Source: Octopus vulgaris (lineage: Eukaryota). From it: a stretch of DNA of 64,000 nucleotides. The translations under genes were made by a program, and so were the position numbers. The notes under the pieces were generated by a model. It was given only the letters and a program-made list of their open reading frames with translations. It was not told where the DNA came from and made no database searches. Shown one piece after another: positions 1 through 13,500 of the stretch. Location: positions 33,604,001-33,668,000 of the forward strand of contig OX597827.1 in assembly GCA_951406725.2 (NCBI GenBank), read 5' to 3'. Numbering within the stretch: position 1 is the stretch's first letter; every line of letters begins with the position of its first letter.

Positions 1-244
1 GACGCAAAGGCACACACACAGACATGATAGGTTTCTATCAGTTTCCATCTACAAAATCCACTTGCTCAATCTATGACTGTAGTAGAAGACATTTTACCTG
101 AAGTGCCACACAGTGAGACTGAACTCAAAACTGTGTGGTTGGGAAGCAAACATCTGACCACACACCCACACCTGTGCCTATATGTGTATATATATATCAT
201 CATCATCATCATTGTTTAACGTCCGTTTTCCATGCTAGCAGAGG

Positions 245-434
245 TTACTCTTTTACTTGTTTCAGTCATTTGACTGTGGCCATGCTAGAGCACTGCCTTT
301 AGTCGAGCAAATCGACCCCGGGACTTATTCTTTGTAAGCCCAGTATTTATTCTATCGGTCTCTTTTGCCGAACCGCTAAGTGACGGGGACGTAAACACAC
401 CAGCATCGATTGTCAAGCAATGCTAGGGGGACAA

Positions 435-505
<71 letters not shown>

Positions 506-692
506 TACATATATATATATACACACACATATATACGACAGGCTTCTTTCAGTTTCCGTCTACCAAATCCACTCACAAGGCTTTGGTCAGCCCGGGGCTA
601 TAGCAGAAGACACTTGCCCAAGATGCCACGCAGTGGGACTGAACCCAGAACCATGTGGTTGGTTAGCAAGCTACTTACCACACAGCCACTCC
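245..692 (-). mobile_element. tRNA-derived SINE family A (CORE-like CTTGGGCAAGTG motif, internal CA/TA microsatellite), near full length
   Basis: Head GGTTCAGTCCC and tail CAAATGACTGAAACAAGTAAAAGAG. Related copies lie at 1-178, 972-1336, 20268-20415, 25372-25503, 43785-43916, 48890-49016, 53160-53323 and 56345-56550 (all minus strand). Confidence 0.85.
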
Positions 693-971
693 GGGTTATA
701 TATATATTTATTTATTTGTTCTAAATTTGAAGCTGGATTTAATGCTCAGTTTGATGACTAAAAAAAAATTGAAATTCTGGGTCACAGTAGTGAGAAACTT
801 CTGTTTGGGATGAATATATAAATTTATGTATGGAGTACTTTTGCCTCATGTTTGTTAATTCATATATCTGTACATACACAGACATTATTTTTATTTCCTT
901 CATTTCTTCTATACATTAGTAGTAGTACAAACGCCATAACACTACATCAACATTGGTTACTCTTCTTTTAA

Positions 972-1336
972 CTTCTTTTACTTGTTTTCAGTCATTGCAT
1001 TGCGGTCATGCTGGGGCACCATAGTGAAAAGATTAGTCAAACAAATTGAGCTCAGTACTTATTTTCTAGATCTGGTACTTATTCCCTTGGTCTCTTTTGC
1101 TAAACCACTAATGTTACAAGGACATAAACCAACCCCAGTTGTGAAGTGGTGGGAAGGGACAAACATAAAATCACACTCACATATACAACAAGCTTCCACA
1201 CTGTTTCCATTTACCAAATTCACACATTAGGCAATGACCAGCTTGGAGTTTTAGTAGAAGACACTTCCCTACAGTGCTGTGCAGGGGATTGAACCCAAAA
1301 CCATGTGATAGCAAAGTGAGTTTCTTGATTACACAA
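972..1336 (-). mobile_element. SINE family A, diverged copy
   Basis: Colinear similarity to 245-692. Confidence 0.75.
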
Positions 1337-1880
1337 ATTGTGATGGAAACCATTTTATTATGGAAAACATTAGTGGTTATTTAAAGTTTTAATTTTCACT
1401 TTCTTTGTTTTACATTTTGAAAATTCAAATTGATCAAACTGTAATACTGGTTTCACATACTGAAATTTTAAGTATAATTGTAACGGAATTGAAAAATAAA
1501 CTCAAATGAGACTAAAATTTCTTAAGTCTGAAATTTGATCAATGTAATTATTTAATAATTCTGAGTTAGAAAAACAAAACTTAAAACAAAATTAGTTTTA
1601 GTTACTTCTTCTCTCATTCACACATTTTTGCTTTATGAAAATTTCTCTCTTATTTATTTATTTTTTCATCAAGCTGACATTTCATATAGAAAAACCTGTA
1701 AAAACTTGAAAAGTAGACCAAGAAACTTGCAGTCGACAAACACATTTCTTAATTTGTGATACATATTTATTGTCAGTATATAGTGAAAACAATAGTCTAC
1801 GGTTTTGGCTATATATATATATATATATATTGTTTGCACACACACATCATTTTAGTTTTGACTGGGATTTCAAGTTACAC

Positions 1881-2116
1881 TTCTTATTTCTTTATTGCCC
1901 ACAAGGGGCTAAACATAAAGGGGACAAACAAGGACATACAAAGGGATTAAGTCAATTACATCGACCCCAGTGCGCAACTGGTACTTAATTTATCAACCCT
2001 GAAAGGATGAAAGGCAAAGTCGACCTCAGCAGAATTTGAACTCAGAACGTGATGGCAGATGAAATACCACTAAGCATTTCGCCTGGTGTGTTAACGTTTC
2101 TGCCAGCTTGCCACCT
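1881..2116 (-). mobile_element. tRNA-derived SINE family B (GACTTTGCCTTTCATCCTTT core), long-tail subfamily
   Basis: Reverse complement of 51921-52131, with A box TGGCAGAAACGTT and B box GAGTTCAAATTC. Confidence 0.85.
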
Positions 2117-2975
2117 TCTGTAAGCCATTTGGTGAGACTACAGTCCCAATCAAATTCATTATATATAATACACACACACATATGCATTGGCCAAGTCTCT
2201 TGCTACTCTGAGATTTGCCTGTAGGTGCACAAGGTCCTCAGGCAAGTTGAAAAATGATGGCATTTACACACACACACACATATAGGATTCAAAATAGAAT
2301 TATTAATTTCTACTTTGATATCAACTATTCTTTGTGTTGGCAGTCAACACTAAATGTGTGTGTGTATTGGTGGTAAAATATTAAGAAATTAATTTTTGAT
2401 TGAGTGACGAATGTAGCTGTTCAGTGAGGAAGTCTCTGAGAAAATTTTCTGCTGCATTGCCACCTTATCTATAATTGAGCAGTAGTAGACGTTGCTGCTC
2501 CAGGTCACCTGCCAGGTGCTACGTAACTCCCCCCCCACTCCATATATTGTTCCTTATATACCAAATAACTCATTAATGGTATAGTGTCCAGTGGGACAGT
2601 CTGGCCATGTAGTGTTCTCTCCATTGTTCACTCTGTTTCTGTACATTTCTTGCTATTTATTCCATGTTAAGCTCCTACTGAGCAGAACTGTGATCTGAGA
2701 CATTCCTGTTTTGACCATCCTATCCAGGACTAAAATGTCTAATTCATCCTTTCATTATTTATAGCAGTAGGGTGTTATTTGAGGTAGATGTAGCTGGTAT
2801 TTCTAGCAGATTGAGTCGCTGTATATTTGCTGATTTTTCTGTGCACCGTAGAATCAGGTAACAGGCCAAGGTATTATCTCAGTGATATGTATTCACGTCT
2901 TGTTCTGTAGAATCTGGTGGTTAGCCAAGGTACACTTGGACAGAGTATGATTTCAATGATAAAGTTGAAGAATAA

Positions 2976-3367
2976 TCTCTATATATATAAAGCTGAAGTA
3001 ATCTGTGTATGGCAGGTTTGGTAGCCTTCAACTAACACTATCTCCTCCGAGACCCTGCGGCGCAAGTTGACCAAAATTGAGAGTATGATAGAAGAAGGCT
3101 TGCTCTTCCTTCCGTAAAAGAAAAAATTCAAATCGGACCATGTTAACACCAAAAATTATTTACATCAAAAAGCTGCTTTTTTTCTATGAAAATCCCTATT
3201 TTTTATGATTTTTTGACTGCTGTGTTGCCATTTTTCGGTGTATTTCAACCAGAAAAATGTTCACTTAAAGAGAATAACAGGCTACATAATGCAAAATTTT
3301 TACTTTTCAAAAATTCCAATTCTAAAGGGTCAAAACAAACCCGAGCAATGCCAGGCAATACTGCTAG
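2976..3367 (+). mobile_element. Non-autonomous Helitron
   Basis: A|TCTCTATATATATAAAG start, GC-rich subterminal CCCGAGCAATGCCAGG and CTAG|T end. Highly similar to 45970-46359. Confidence 0.85.
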
Positions 3368-4894
3368 TAAAATAATAAGATTGAAGAATTATTCTGTTGC
3401 TTTTAAGAGATTGATGTTTGAGCTATTGACTATTTCTCCCTAGTGCAGCTCAACTTACTGTTGTATTGAACTAACACCTGGTTAACTGTACTTTTGTAGG
3501 CTCATTGTAAGGTTATTGCTTGAGTGATTATAAGACATTGACTTTAAAAAGTTCATCAACCTAGATGTACAGATATAAAACATCTGGTTTGTATGTATGT
3601 CAGCTTGACTTAAAACCCCATTATTATATCAAGTCTTATGGTTAACAAGTTTGCTTCACAACCACATGATTCTAAGTTCAATCCTGCTGTACTGCATCTT
3701 CAGCAGGTTTATTTTAGCAGGCTTGGTTGTAAATAAGAAGCATATTTCCCAACCATGTAAGATGTAAACACCCACCACATTGTTAATTAGTGTCAAATAT
3801 TACATTATGTGTATGTGTCATAGCTGGCTGGGTCAGCAGAACTTCAGATGATTGACAAAAGAATATTGTCTTTACACCTGTCACTAGCATAACACATCCA
3901 GTGGAGCATGCTTTCTTCATTTCTCTCCAACCTATTGTTATCTACTGTACTACAGATATAACCAAGACACCTAGCACTAGCTGATTCAGCACACTTTCTC
4001 ACTCTGCATTCCATGTCAGTTTCTCTACTAAATCCAAGAACTATAAGTCAAAGTAGAAGAAAGTACCAGTGGCATGAATTTGTTTAAGGTGGACCTCAAC
4101 TTGTCAGAAAGTGACCCACACACTTGATTTCATGACCTTCCTCTGTGGCATACATAGAATGAAACATGCAGGATTCAGTTATGAAGCTGCAACAGACTTC
4201 CACTAACCTGGTTATAGTTATGAGTGGCACCTTCTGTAGCATGTCTGTCATGCGTAGCCCTCATCTGTTCATTCAGCTGTTGAAATTTGTTGTACTCATC
4301 ATCCACTTGTTCCATTGTTCGTTATCTACAGCATAGGCATCTTATAATCAACCACATACAGGAGGTGGTTAAATGTCATACTATAACAATTGCATATGTA
4401 TCTATTCCTGGTTTAACATGTTGTTAATTCAAAACAGGTGTTAGTACCAGGATTAAATTGGAATAAATAGAAGGTTCCATGAAGTATTTTTCATTAAAAA
4501 TCAGTTGCATTTTTACAGGGTTTATTTTTAATCTATAAAAATATCTTTCAATCAGTGGTAGATTATTTTTAACACCTGTTTGTTATTGGAACTTATGTTT
4601 CTAGAATCTTCAACAGTAAAATTCTTAGGCTCCTATTTTTCTTGAGTTATGGAATTGTTAATAAGCCACTATCATCAAATTCATTTGCAGTATTTTTTTT
4701 TTTTGGTGTTTGTGTGTTCTATTTTTCTCCCCTGCTCAATATAGAGAAACAGTTTTAGGATCTGTAGCGTTATGTGTTGGCTCTTATATTTCTTCAGATT
4801 CTTGAAGCATATGTATGTATGTATATATTTTTTCTAAAATTCACTTTCAGAGTCTAGAAGAAAGGGCTAGTGGCTTTTACAGGCAACCATCTGG

Positions 4895-5200
4895 TGATGA
4901 TGATGATGATGATGATGATGCAAGTGTCTTCACAGACTCTGAGGCTAGAGAGCTTGATGTCATTAATGATCTCCTTAAACAATAGCAAGTCAACAACAGT
5001 TACAGGGAAAGACTGAGCAGGGAGGGCGTTCCAGAGGGGGGACATTCTGAGGAAGATGGACAGTAGTAGTGAGTGTGGACCTAGTAGGATAGGTGGATGT
5101 AACTAGAATGATGAGAGAAGGAGAGACAAGTAGGCTGGGAATACCTGAGTAAAGCCGGTAAGAGTCCAGCAAACTCTGTGGATCAGAAGAGTTATACAAG
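4895..5200 (-). mobile_element. CR1/L2-like LINE extreme 3' fragment
   Basis: PLWNALPAQSFP..DLLLFKEIIN followed by (CAT)n. A similar relic lies at about 11700-11990 (+). Confidence 0.55.
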
Positions 5201-5209
5201 TTTTGTTTC

Positions 5210-7130
5210 TGTTATTTCACTTAACCATTAAGTATTTTTGCCAGTCCTTTGTGGATACCTGTCTGATAACTTAGCCAGAAATTCAGAGCTTTATTACTGG
5301 TTATTTTCTGTTTCTCATATTCTGTCATACCTTGATTACTTCTTGGGTTAATTTTTTTTAGAATTACTTTTCAGCTATACTTGTTTTGAACATTCTCACC
5401 CATGGGACTCCACTTATTGTCTGTACTCCTCCCTAAATATCTTCTTATTGGTGTTGCATTGCTTTTTATTTTGGTATTCTTGATAAATTATTTTGTATTT
5501 TTATTCCAAACATTGTTAGAACTTTCCCTAAGAATGAGTGGATTCTTCACAATTTAGTGAAGATCTCTTCTCTGTTTTTATTCCAGGTATAACACCTTGA
5601 TATTTTGTATTTTTCTAGTATTTGTCTGTCTGTCTTTTTATCCTTTTGTGTCTCTTGACAATCTCATTAAGAATTAAGAAAACTTTCAGTTTAATTTCCA
5701 CTTTTCTGTCTTGGTTTTTTTATGTTTAAGATTAGATTTTCTTTTATAAAAAGCTTGAAATTTAGGTGGAAGGAAGTTGGCATTCTTCTTTCTGACTACT
5801 GCAGGTAACTACATAGATTAACTGTTATTGTGGTGAAAACCCAAGTCAGCCTTATAGACCTATAATCAAAAATATCCAAAGCTTTGACCATCCTGCTTTC
5901 TTAGGGCTGTATCTTTCATCTTTTACTTGTTTCAATCATTATGCTGGGGCAACACCTTGAAAATTTTTAGTCAAATGCAGCAACTCCAGTACTTATTCAT
6001 TTGTTAAGCCATATTCTCTTTTGCCAAAGGGACTGAGGGGGCTTTTACTTGTTTCTTTTTTATATTCTTTTCTTGCAAATTGCTTGACAACCTCACTCCT
6101 ACTGGTGGTATGAGAAAATCCCCCAGTACATTCTGTAAAATAGTTGGCATTTGGAAGGGCATTCAACAGTAAAACCCATGCCAACGTTGTCATAGGGTCT
6201 TGTCACAGTGGCATTGCTCACTAGATCCTGTCAAACTATCCAACCTATGCCTGATGGAGAATGGAAACTAAATGATGAGGATGCTTGAAAGTTCTACCTT
6301 GTAGCTAGACTCCTTCATAGACTTGGCATAAATTGACTGATTTTTCCTGGTGATATTAATATCTTTGATTGTTTTCAGAATATCTGATGGCCAAGTCTTT
6401 TTCTTTTTCCATTGTTGTGATTTTTATCTTCTAAGTTTTAGAGGGAGGCTGGGATCATTTGGTCCAAAAGAAGATTCCATCTTTAGATTATTCATGTATT
6501 CAAAATAAAATAACTAGCTTTAGATCTTCTTTTTAGATCTCTTCCATATTCTTCTGTTCCTGTTTTTGTGTCTGTGTGTATTGGCCTTTGTTTAGTCAAT
6601 ATTCTTAAAGTATGTTACTGTTTTTTTGTTTTTTTTTACTTCTTTTGTTTAAACTTTCAATACTTCTCTTCTAATCCTTTACATTCTCACTATTTATCTT
6701 CTGTCTGTCTTTTTATATTTTATTTTTATTGTTTGTAATTTTGATGTCTGTTTTTGTTCATTGTTTGAGGTTTTATTGCTTATAGTCTTTCTTTCTGTTT
6801 TTTGTAAGTGTTCAGTTTTCTATGCTTGATAGCTTTTTGATTTTTAAGTATGCATTTGTTTAAATTAGCTCATCTGTTGAGATCCAGAGTTACTTCTAGG
6901 TCAAGGTTATTTTCTCTTCAGATATTAAACATGTACAGTATGTGTCATTTTCTGTGCTGGTATACAGCTGTAAAATATGCATGTTGGAATGTATTTGCCT
7001 TGGTACTGTTCATGATTTATTGTTTTATTTCCAAGGTTTAAAGAGTCAATTCTGACCTTTTAGTCAGATTTGCATCATTTTTATTGAATATTCCTGTATC
7101 CATTACTGTTGAAGCAACATTTTCCATAAT
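5210..7130 (-). mobile_element. Possible heavily decayed LINE ORF (N-terminal/RT-proximal part), interrupted by SINE fragments
   Basis: Strong T-skew and weak relics NKWSP..NFWL near 5270-5420. Confidence 0.35.
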
Positions 7131-7598
7131 TAGGCTATAAGATGATGTATTAAATGCTGTGTGCAAAAAATTCCTAATTAATGTAAATTTCCCTCTTAGT
7201 TGAAGAAAGAAAACAGAATCTAGTAGTGACTGTCAAGGGAGACTCACATCCATATAAATATAGAACTTGTAAACTTGGAAACAAACAGACTTGGAGTGGG
7301 GAGGGCATGTCATTGATCCAGTCAATAACAGCAAATAAAGGACTTTGACAAACCTGGCTAACTGTTTGAATGACTGAGTGATTAACAAGCAGGGAAGTTA
7401 AATGGTTAACCATAGTGAAATATAACTAGTGCATGTGTTTATTACTAGCAGAATGACCTTCCTGAGATACAACAAAATATGTTTCAACACACAATTTCAC
7501 ATCTTGCAATCCAAATGCAGAAACAAAGAATTAATTTCTCAGATTTAACTTTCATACTCAGAGGAAGGAAAATCTGATGTTTGAGGGCAAGGGAGATG

Positions 7599-7640
7599 AC
7601 TATGGACATGTTTCAATCTGTTAGACCTCATCAGTACAGC
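7599..7640 (-). ncRNA. Minimal hammerhead motif with intact core and partly decayed stems
   Basis: Minus strand: GCUGUA CUGAUGA GGUCU-AAC-AGAUU GAAAC AU GUC CAUAGU. There are several G-U wobbles and one mismatch next to the cleavage site. Confidence 0.6.
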
Positions 7641-8137
7641 CTACTGAAGCCTGCTAATCAGTTGACATATTTTTATATATAAAAAATAAAAACAAAAGTT
7701 ACGAACATTTTTGGGACAGTAAAGATAATTAGATTAAGAAATAATCTATTGAATCCACTATACATTGTTTTTGTTTTGTTAATTGAAATTTAGCATATTC
7801 TGTCATTCTTGTTATCAAATTTAAAGCACACATTCTCCTTTTAAACTGAGGTTGAATATGATTATAGTTTTTTTTGTTTGCATTTGACATGCTTTGTATT
7901 CAGTTAGCTTTTTTTTGTCTGGTATTGGGATAAGTTGTTCTGTTAATGTTTTTTATAAATGGCATCCTGTTGACAGTGCAAATTCTCAGAATACGTAGTT
8001 TATGTGAGGCACACCAAAATACCTTATTATTTTACATAGCTCTCCTTAAACCTGTAAGTCAGTTGTTTGTGGGGTTGTTTTTGCTGTTAATTCATTGATG
8101 CTTAAAGATAACTTTTTCAAACTTACTGCTGCTGCTG

Positions 8138-8480
8138 TGAGCTGGTAAAATCATTAGCACACTGGACAAATTGTTTAGTGGCATTTTGTCTCTGTCGTTA
8201 CATTCTGAGTTCAAATGCTGCCAAGGTTAACTTTACTTCTCATCCTTCCATGATTGATAAAATAAAGTACTAGTTGAGCACTGAGCTTGATGTAACCAAC
8301 TAGCCCTCTCTGCCAAAGATTTTCTGGCCTTGTGACCAGAGTAGAAAGGATTATTATTATTAAGGTGATGAGCTGGCAAAATCATGAGGACACCAGGCGA
8401 AATGCTTAGTGGTATTTCGCCTGAATTCAAATTCTGCTGAAGTTGACTTAGCCTTTCGTCCTTTCAGGGTCGATAAATTC
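8138..8480 (+). mobile_element. Two tandem SINE B copies
   Basis: GAGCTGG(T/C)AAAATCAT heads at about 8140 and 8370, separated by (ATT)n. Confidence 0.8.
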
Positions 8481-9020
8481 AGAGTGACTCTGGGGTAAAA
8501 TATACAAAGCCCAGTATACCCATCATGACTACCCATTTGATAAGGGTATACCAGGCACATGCATCACAACCATATGTGTGAGACATAGTGATCTCATATT
8601 AAGATAAACAGCGCATGACTTTGCAGGTGGGGCCCAGTTAGGATTTTTTTCAGGTTGAGTAGCCCATCCTGCTCAAAAAGTCCCTGAATAAGAGTTGTTT
8701 AAAGAATGTTGAACAAAACAGCCATGTTTCGAGAGGTGAATTATCCAAATCCCAAAGAATTCCTCACAACACATGGCTATGATGCTGCCCCACTACTTCT
8801 GCTCGTGATCAGAGATGCACATATCATCAACCACTAAGGGACATGCTCAACCGGTTACGGTCGAACAACTGACAAGCAAATCTGTAGTATTGAGCAAAAT
8901 ATTTGCTGTAGCCCATCTTTTATACCAAGACAAAACAATGTACATGATAACACTTGCAACCAGTTAAGATCAAAGGCCATGAGAGCCACTGTCTGCTACT
9001 GCATCAGGGCTTTTATTATT

Positions 9021-9550
9021 ACCGCCTTTAACTGGGAGGGCAAGGCAGTTTTCTTTTGCCTAGTGGCTGTAGCGAAAGAGGTTGTATGGTGGACCCGTTT
9101 GAAAGGGCTAAGGTCAGACACTTTCCTCTTTGGCCCAGGCCTCATCAACTTTTTCAAGTTCCACTTGAAAAGGAAGGTGAGAGTAGAGAGGGAAGTGCTG
9201 TCCAATAGCAAGTTTGCTGAAAGGTGGATAAATATTGCAAGAATGGCTAGTATGAAAGGAGCCATTCTGAGGTTACAATTGTGATTTAAAAAGGTAATAT
9301 AAAAGGAGAAAGGGGCTCTCTACCCACCTTTTGACCAGTCTCCCGTTGGCTTTTATGGATTTTTTCCACCAGGAACCTTTCGTAACGCCTCCACCTATTG
9401 GGAGTTTTTCGTTGTTATAATTTTGATTGTTACACTGTTTTTACATGGTTTTTTTAGAAATAGACAAAACCCTTTGTAACCTTTCGTCCTGTTTTGTCCC
9501 TTTTGTGTTATAATTAATTTTTGTCAGCCCTTGTAGCCAATAAAAGAATT
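9021..9550 (+). mobile_element. 3' end of an L1/Tx1-like LINE (ORF2 C-terminus plus 3' UTR)
   Basis: CLVAVAKEVVWWTRLKG..LINFFKFHLKRKVRVER..KFAERW with stop at 9284. The tail GCCCTTGTAGCCAATAAAAGAA is followed by (ATT)n. Second copy at 61201-61745. Confidence 0.7.
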
Positions 9551-9590
9551 AATTATTATTATTAATTATTATTATTATTATTATTATTAT

Positions 9591-9623
<33 letters not shown>

Positions 9624-12600
9624 ATTTGGTAGATAGATACTGAAAGACGCCTGGTGTGTGTGTGTTTGGTGAGACATGTTTTTCATAGAAGACTGGAAAT
9701 GAACAACACCACTTGTAGGATAATGATTCCTATTTACAACCATCACATAGTCTAGACATGGGTACACACACACACACAAATGATAATGATATTCATTCCA
9801 TAGTATATTATGGTATAGTCAAAAGAAAGCACTGTTTGGTTAACTGTTGTTAAGTCTACTTAAAGCTGAAGCTTTGAGGGACTCTGCCAAACACAATACA
9901 TTAGAAATCACCCAGATTTTGTTCACTTGTATCTTATCAACAATATAAAGAATAAGAACAAATACTGTCAGCTTTACCATGATTTGAACCCTTCCAATTC
10001 TGAACTGCTTGAGACCGCCCTTGGTCCTATGATAAAAAAAATCTGTATTAAAGTGATTTCAATTTTACCCCTTCCATAAAAATGTTCTGGTAATTTATGT
10101 TCTAAACACCAGCGGAATAATGACAAAATTATTTTACTAAATTTTTCATTATTTTCAAAATTAATTGAAACAAAATCAGCATATTTCAACAGAAATAGGG
10201 TAACAAAAAGGTTAACCCATACATAACAAATTTATAATAAATCATAGATGTTGGTTAGATGATTACTCTAACAAATATGCCTGCTGCACTTTGATATCAA
10301 ATATTCATCAAACAGTTGCCTACAAATGATTTATTTAATATAAAGTGTGTGAAAAAATTATTAACCAATGATAGTATTCATTGCACCAGTAGTAATAGTG
10401 TGTGTTGAGCAGTAAATACAAAAGTAATTTTGGAAGACAAGCCAAAAGGCAAAAACAGAAAACAATGCTACAATGGACTTTGTGTAAATCATCACTTTAA
10501 GATGTGGGCCTATAGTTGGCCACTTCAGCACCAAAATTGCTTGTGGGTATCTTTGGAATGAGAAACTGCATGTACTACAAGACAAGACAAATGATACCAG
10601 AGGGAGAGAAAGCTGTGCTGAGCCCCAATTGACTGGAGTAGGGAGGTTCCCCACATGTGTGTGGGTGGGTTACCTTGTCTGTTTAACATTTCCAGAACAT
10701 ATCTTGTTTTAATTGCTTTATATAATTTTGTGTTTTTAAATCATCATCAGCACCATTCACTTTTCCATGCTTGTATGTATCAGTCAAAATTCATTGAGGC
10801 AAATTTCCTCTAGCCAGATGCCCTTCTGGTTGCCAACATCCAGCAATTTCCAAATTAGTTAATATTTCCTCTTGTCCTTTAAACACAGACATCTATGTAT
10901 GTAGATGTTTATATCCATGCTTATAGGGGTGAGAAGGTTTTTGTTGGAGCAGTAGTTTTCAAAATTGGATGCTCCTCTTCTTAGTGCCAACCAATGAACC
11001 ATGAAAGCAACTGTTTAATCAGCTAAACTGAATGGAGCAGGTAAAATATGGTATTGGTTGCAAGATTTGAACCAATTAACCTGTGGTCATTAATTCAGTA
11101 ACCTCACAATCATGAGCTATACACACACTAAAACCTTCAGGCTCATCACAAGCTTTAAATTTCCACAATCCCTGATGATCTGTCATAGTGATAATTAATA
11201 TTTCTAAAGTTGTGCATTACATTACATTGCTAAAGCTGTGTTTTCTAAAAGACTAATTACTTTTTCATGTACAGCTCTGATTATTTCAGTGATGTGCTAC
11301 AAAAATTTCAAAAGCTTGAAACTACACCTTGCATATCAGTATTGTAACTTCACAGGCATGTACACTCACAGACACAAACAGTACACACACATACACACAC
11401 ACTGCAGTCATTAAAAGTGAAGTAAAATGGATTATCTCTATTGGTTTCAAAGATGAATGTGTTACTTTGATCAGTTGAATTACCATTTAAGTAGCTGAGT
11501 TTTCCACAGACAAGTGTTCCCTGAACATAATCTGAGCAAAATCAACATGGCACAGTATATGTCGAAAAAGCTGAGCCCTTGGTTACAGCTACAGTCCACC
11601 CAGAAAGCTTCCCCACAGTTTCTGTGTACTTAGTCATAATGCTAAGACTTGGGTTAACCTAACAAAAGATACTTGCTCAAATGCTATGTAATGGGATTAA
11701 CCAAAGACCTTGTGATTCTAATTAAATCCACAGATGTGTTCTCCCCATTTCTCTGTTCCTTCTATCAGAACTACTATAATGACTCTCTTCATTTGAACTT
11801 CCAAGCTATGTGCCCTTCCATCTTCACCTCTGCTGAATTTCCCCTCATACACCCACATCTCTTCTCATCCTGAAGCGTGGTACCCAATCCTTTTTACCCT
11901 GGACTACAAACCTCTGCAACTCCCCCACTGAGCTGTGTGTTTCCTTACAGCCATTACAGTAGTTCACCAAGTTTGACATTAGTCACTTAAATGATTTTAA
12001 AAAACAAAAAAAGAATCTTTAAAAACACAATTTTGCCTCCACTTACAACAAGTAACACCATGTTTACAGCAGTCATTTACAGTTAAGTGGACTGGACAAT
12101 GCTCTAGAGTTAAGTGCCTGTGGCTGTGGTTACATCATTACAACATTGGTGACAGGATACTTACTGTTGAGCTTCCTGTCACTTTAGTGACAGGGACAGA
12201 AAAAGGGATGAATGGGCAATTGGCTGGCTAGCTGGTTGTCTGTCACTCCTGATTTAATGACCATCTACAACTCTCACCTTCATTCCCACTTCAACATTTC
12301 TCAGAGTAAAATAAGCAGACAATATTTACAATACATTCCTCGACCCTTCTAACTACGGCACTATTTACTCAGCTGCTGTAATTATATGAGAGCAGAATTA
12401 CCCATATTCCTCTCCTTTCTTGTGCTACTAGTTATCCCTCTCCTTGAAACCACTTCCCTTACCACCCATCTTGCTCCCCTATCATCATCATCCTTTTTTT
12501 CCCATTGAATGCCCTTTTCCCCTGAACACTCTCTTATATCTGTCCAACACAGCCCTCTGTGGATCCTGTCAAAACTGTCCCATTCATGATAGTATGGAAT

Positions 12601-13500
12601 ATGAGTATTAAATGAAAATGATGGTGATTATTACATGTTTGTACAAGGGTTCAGCAAGGTACAGGCATGACTGATTAAGAAGTTTGCTTTGCAAACAAGT
12701 GGCTTCAGGATCAGTTCTACTGCATGGTGGTTTGGGTGGTGCACGGATGTTGATATTCTATGTTGTTACCATTTGGACAAACTGGTGGTGGTATTGACAT
12801 TTTTCCTTGACAGACATTATAACCAGTAGCTCTGTGTTTTCAAAGACCTGGAATGAAAAAAAAAATTCCTTAACTTTAAAATTAGGGTTGATGACAGAAA
12901 GTGCATCTTACCATAAAATCCTGCCTCAAAATAGCTTTCATCGAACCCATTCTTGAATGGAAAAATAGATTTGAAATTAACAAACGTGTAATAGTATTAC
13001 ACGAATAATAGTTTCTGATTTGGACACAAGGGTAGCAGTTTTGAAGGAAGTGGGTTAGTTCATTCCGTTGACCCTATAGTATCAATTATTGTTTGGTGAC
13101 TGAAAGATGTTATTGTATTATTTGCTCATATTAGTTCAAACTAAGTGAAAGACTTTAATCAACATTTCTGGGCTGAACACTTTATTACACATTCTCTCAG
13201 TTTATTCAGTTGTGTACAATACAGACCAGATCATTAGAGAAATGTTACTAGTCGACTATCCTGGAGAAGTTTCATGAAACTAGAGCAGTAATACTTCACT
13301 TACATCCTCACAAAGGACAAAACTTACACCTATTTTCTCACAACAAATAAACTTTAACCAGGTACTTGTGAGCTCACAGGGAACATTGAGTGTTTTGAGG
13401 GGTTGTGATTTTTCTAAGAAATAAAATATTTAAACAATCTTCAGTATTTAATTTTAAACCTTTTGTTACCATATTTCTGTTGAGATACATTTTGTATGTT

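Noticed and set aside
376-761. His/Thr- or Cys/Val-rich ORFs here and at 20.3, 22.1, 24.3 and 50.8 kb
   Set aside because: They are translations of (CA)n/(TA)n microsatellites.
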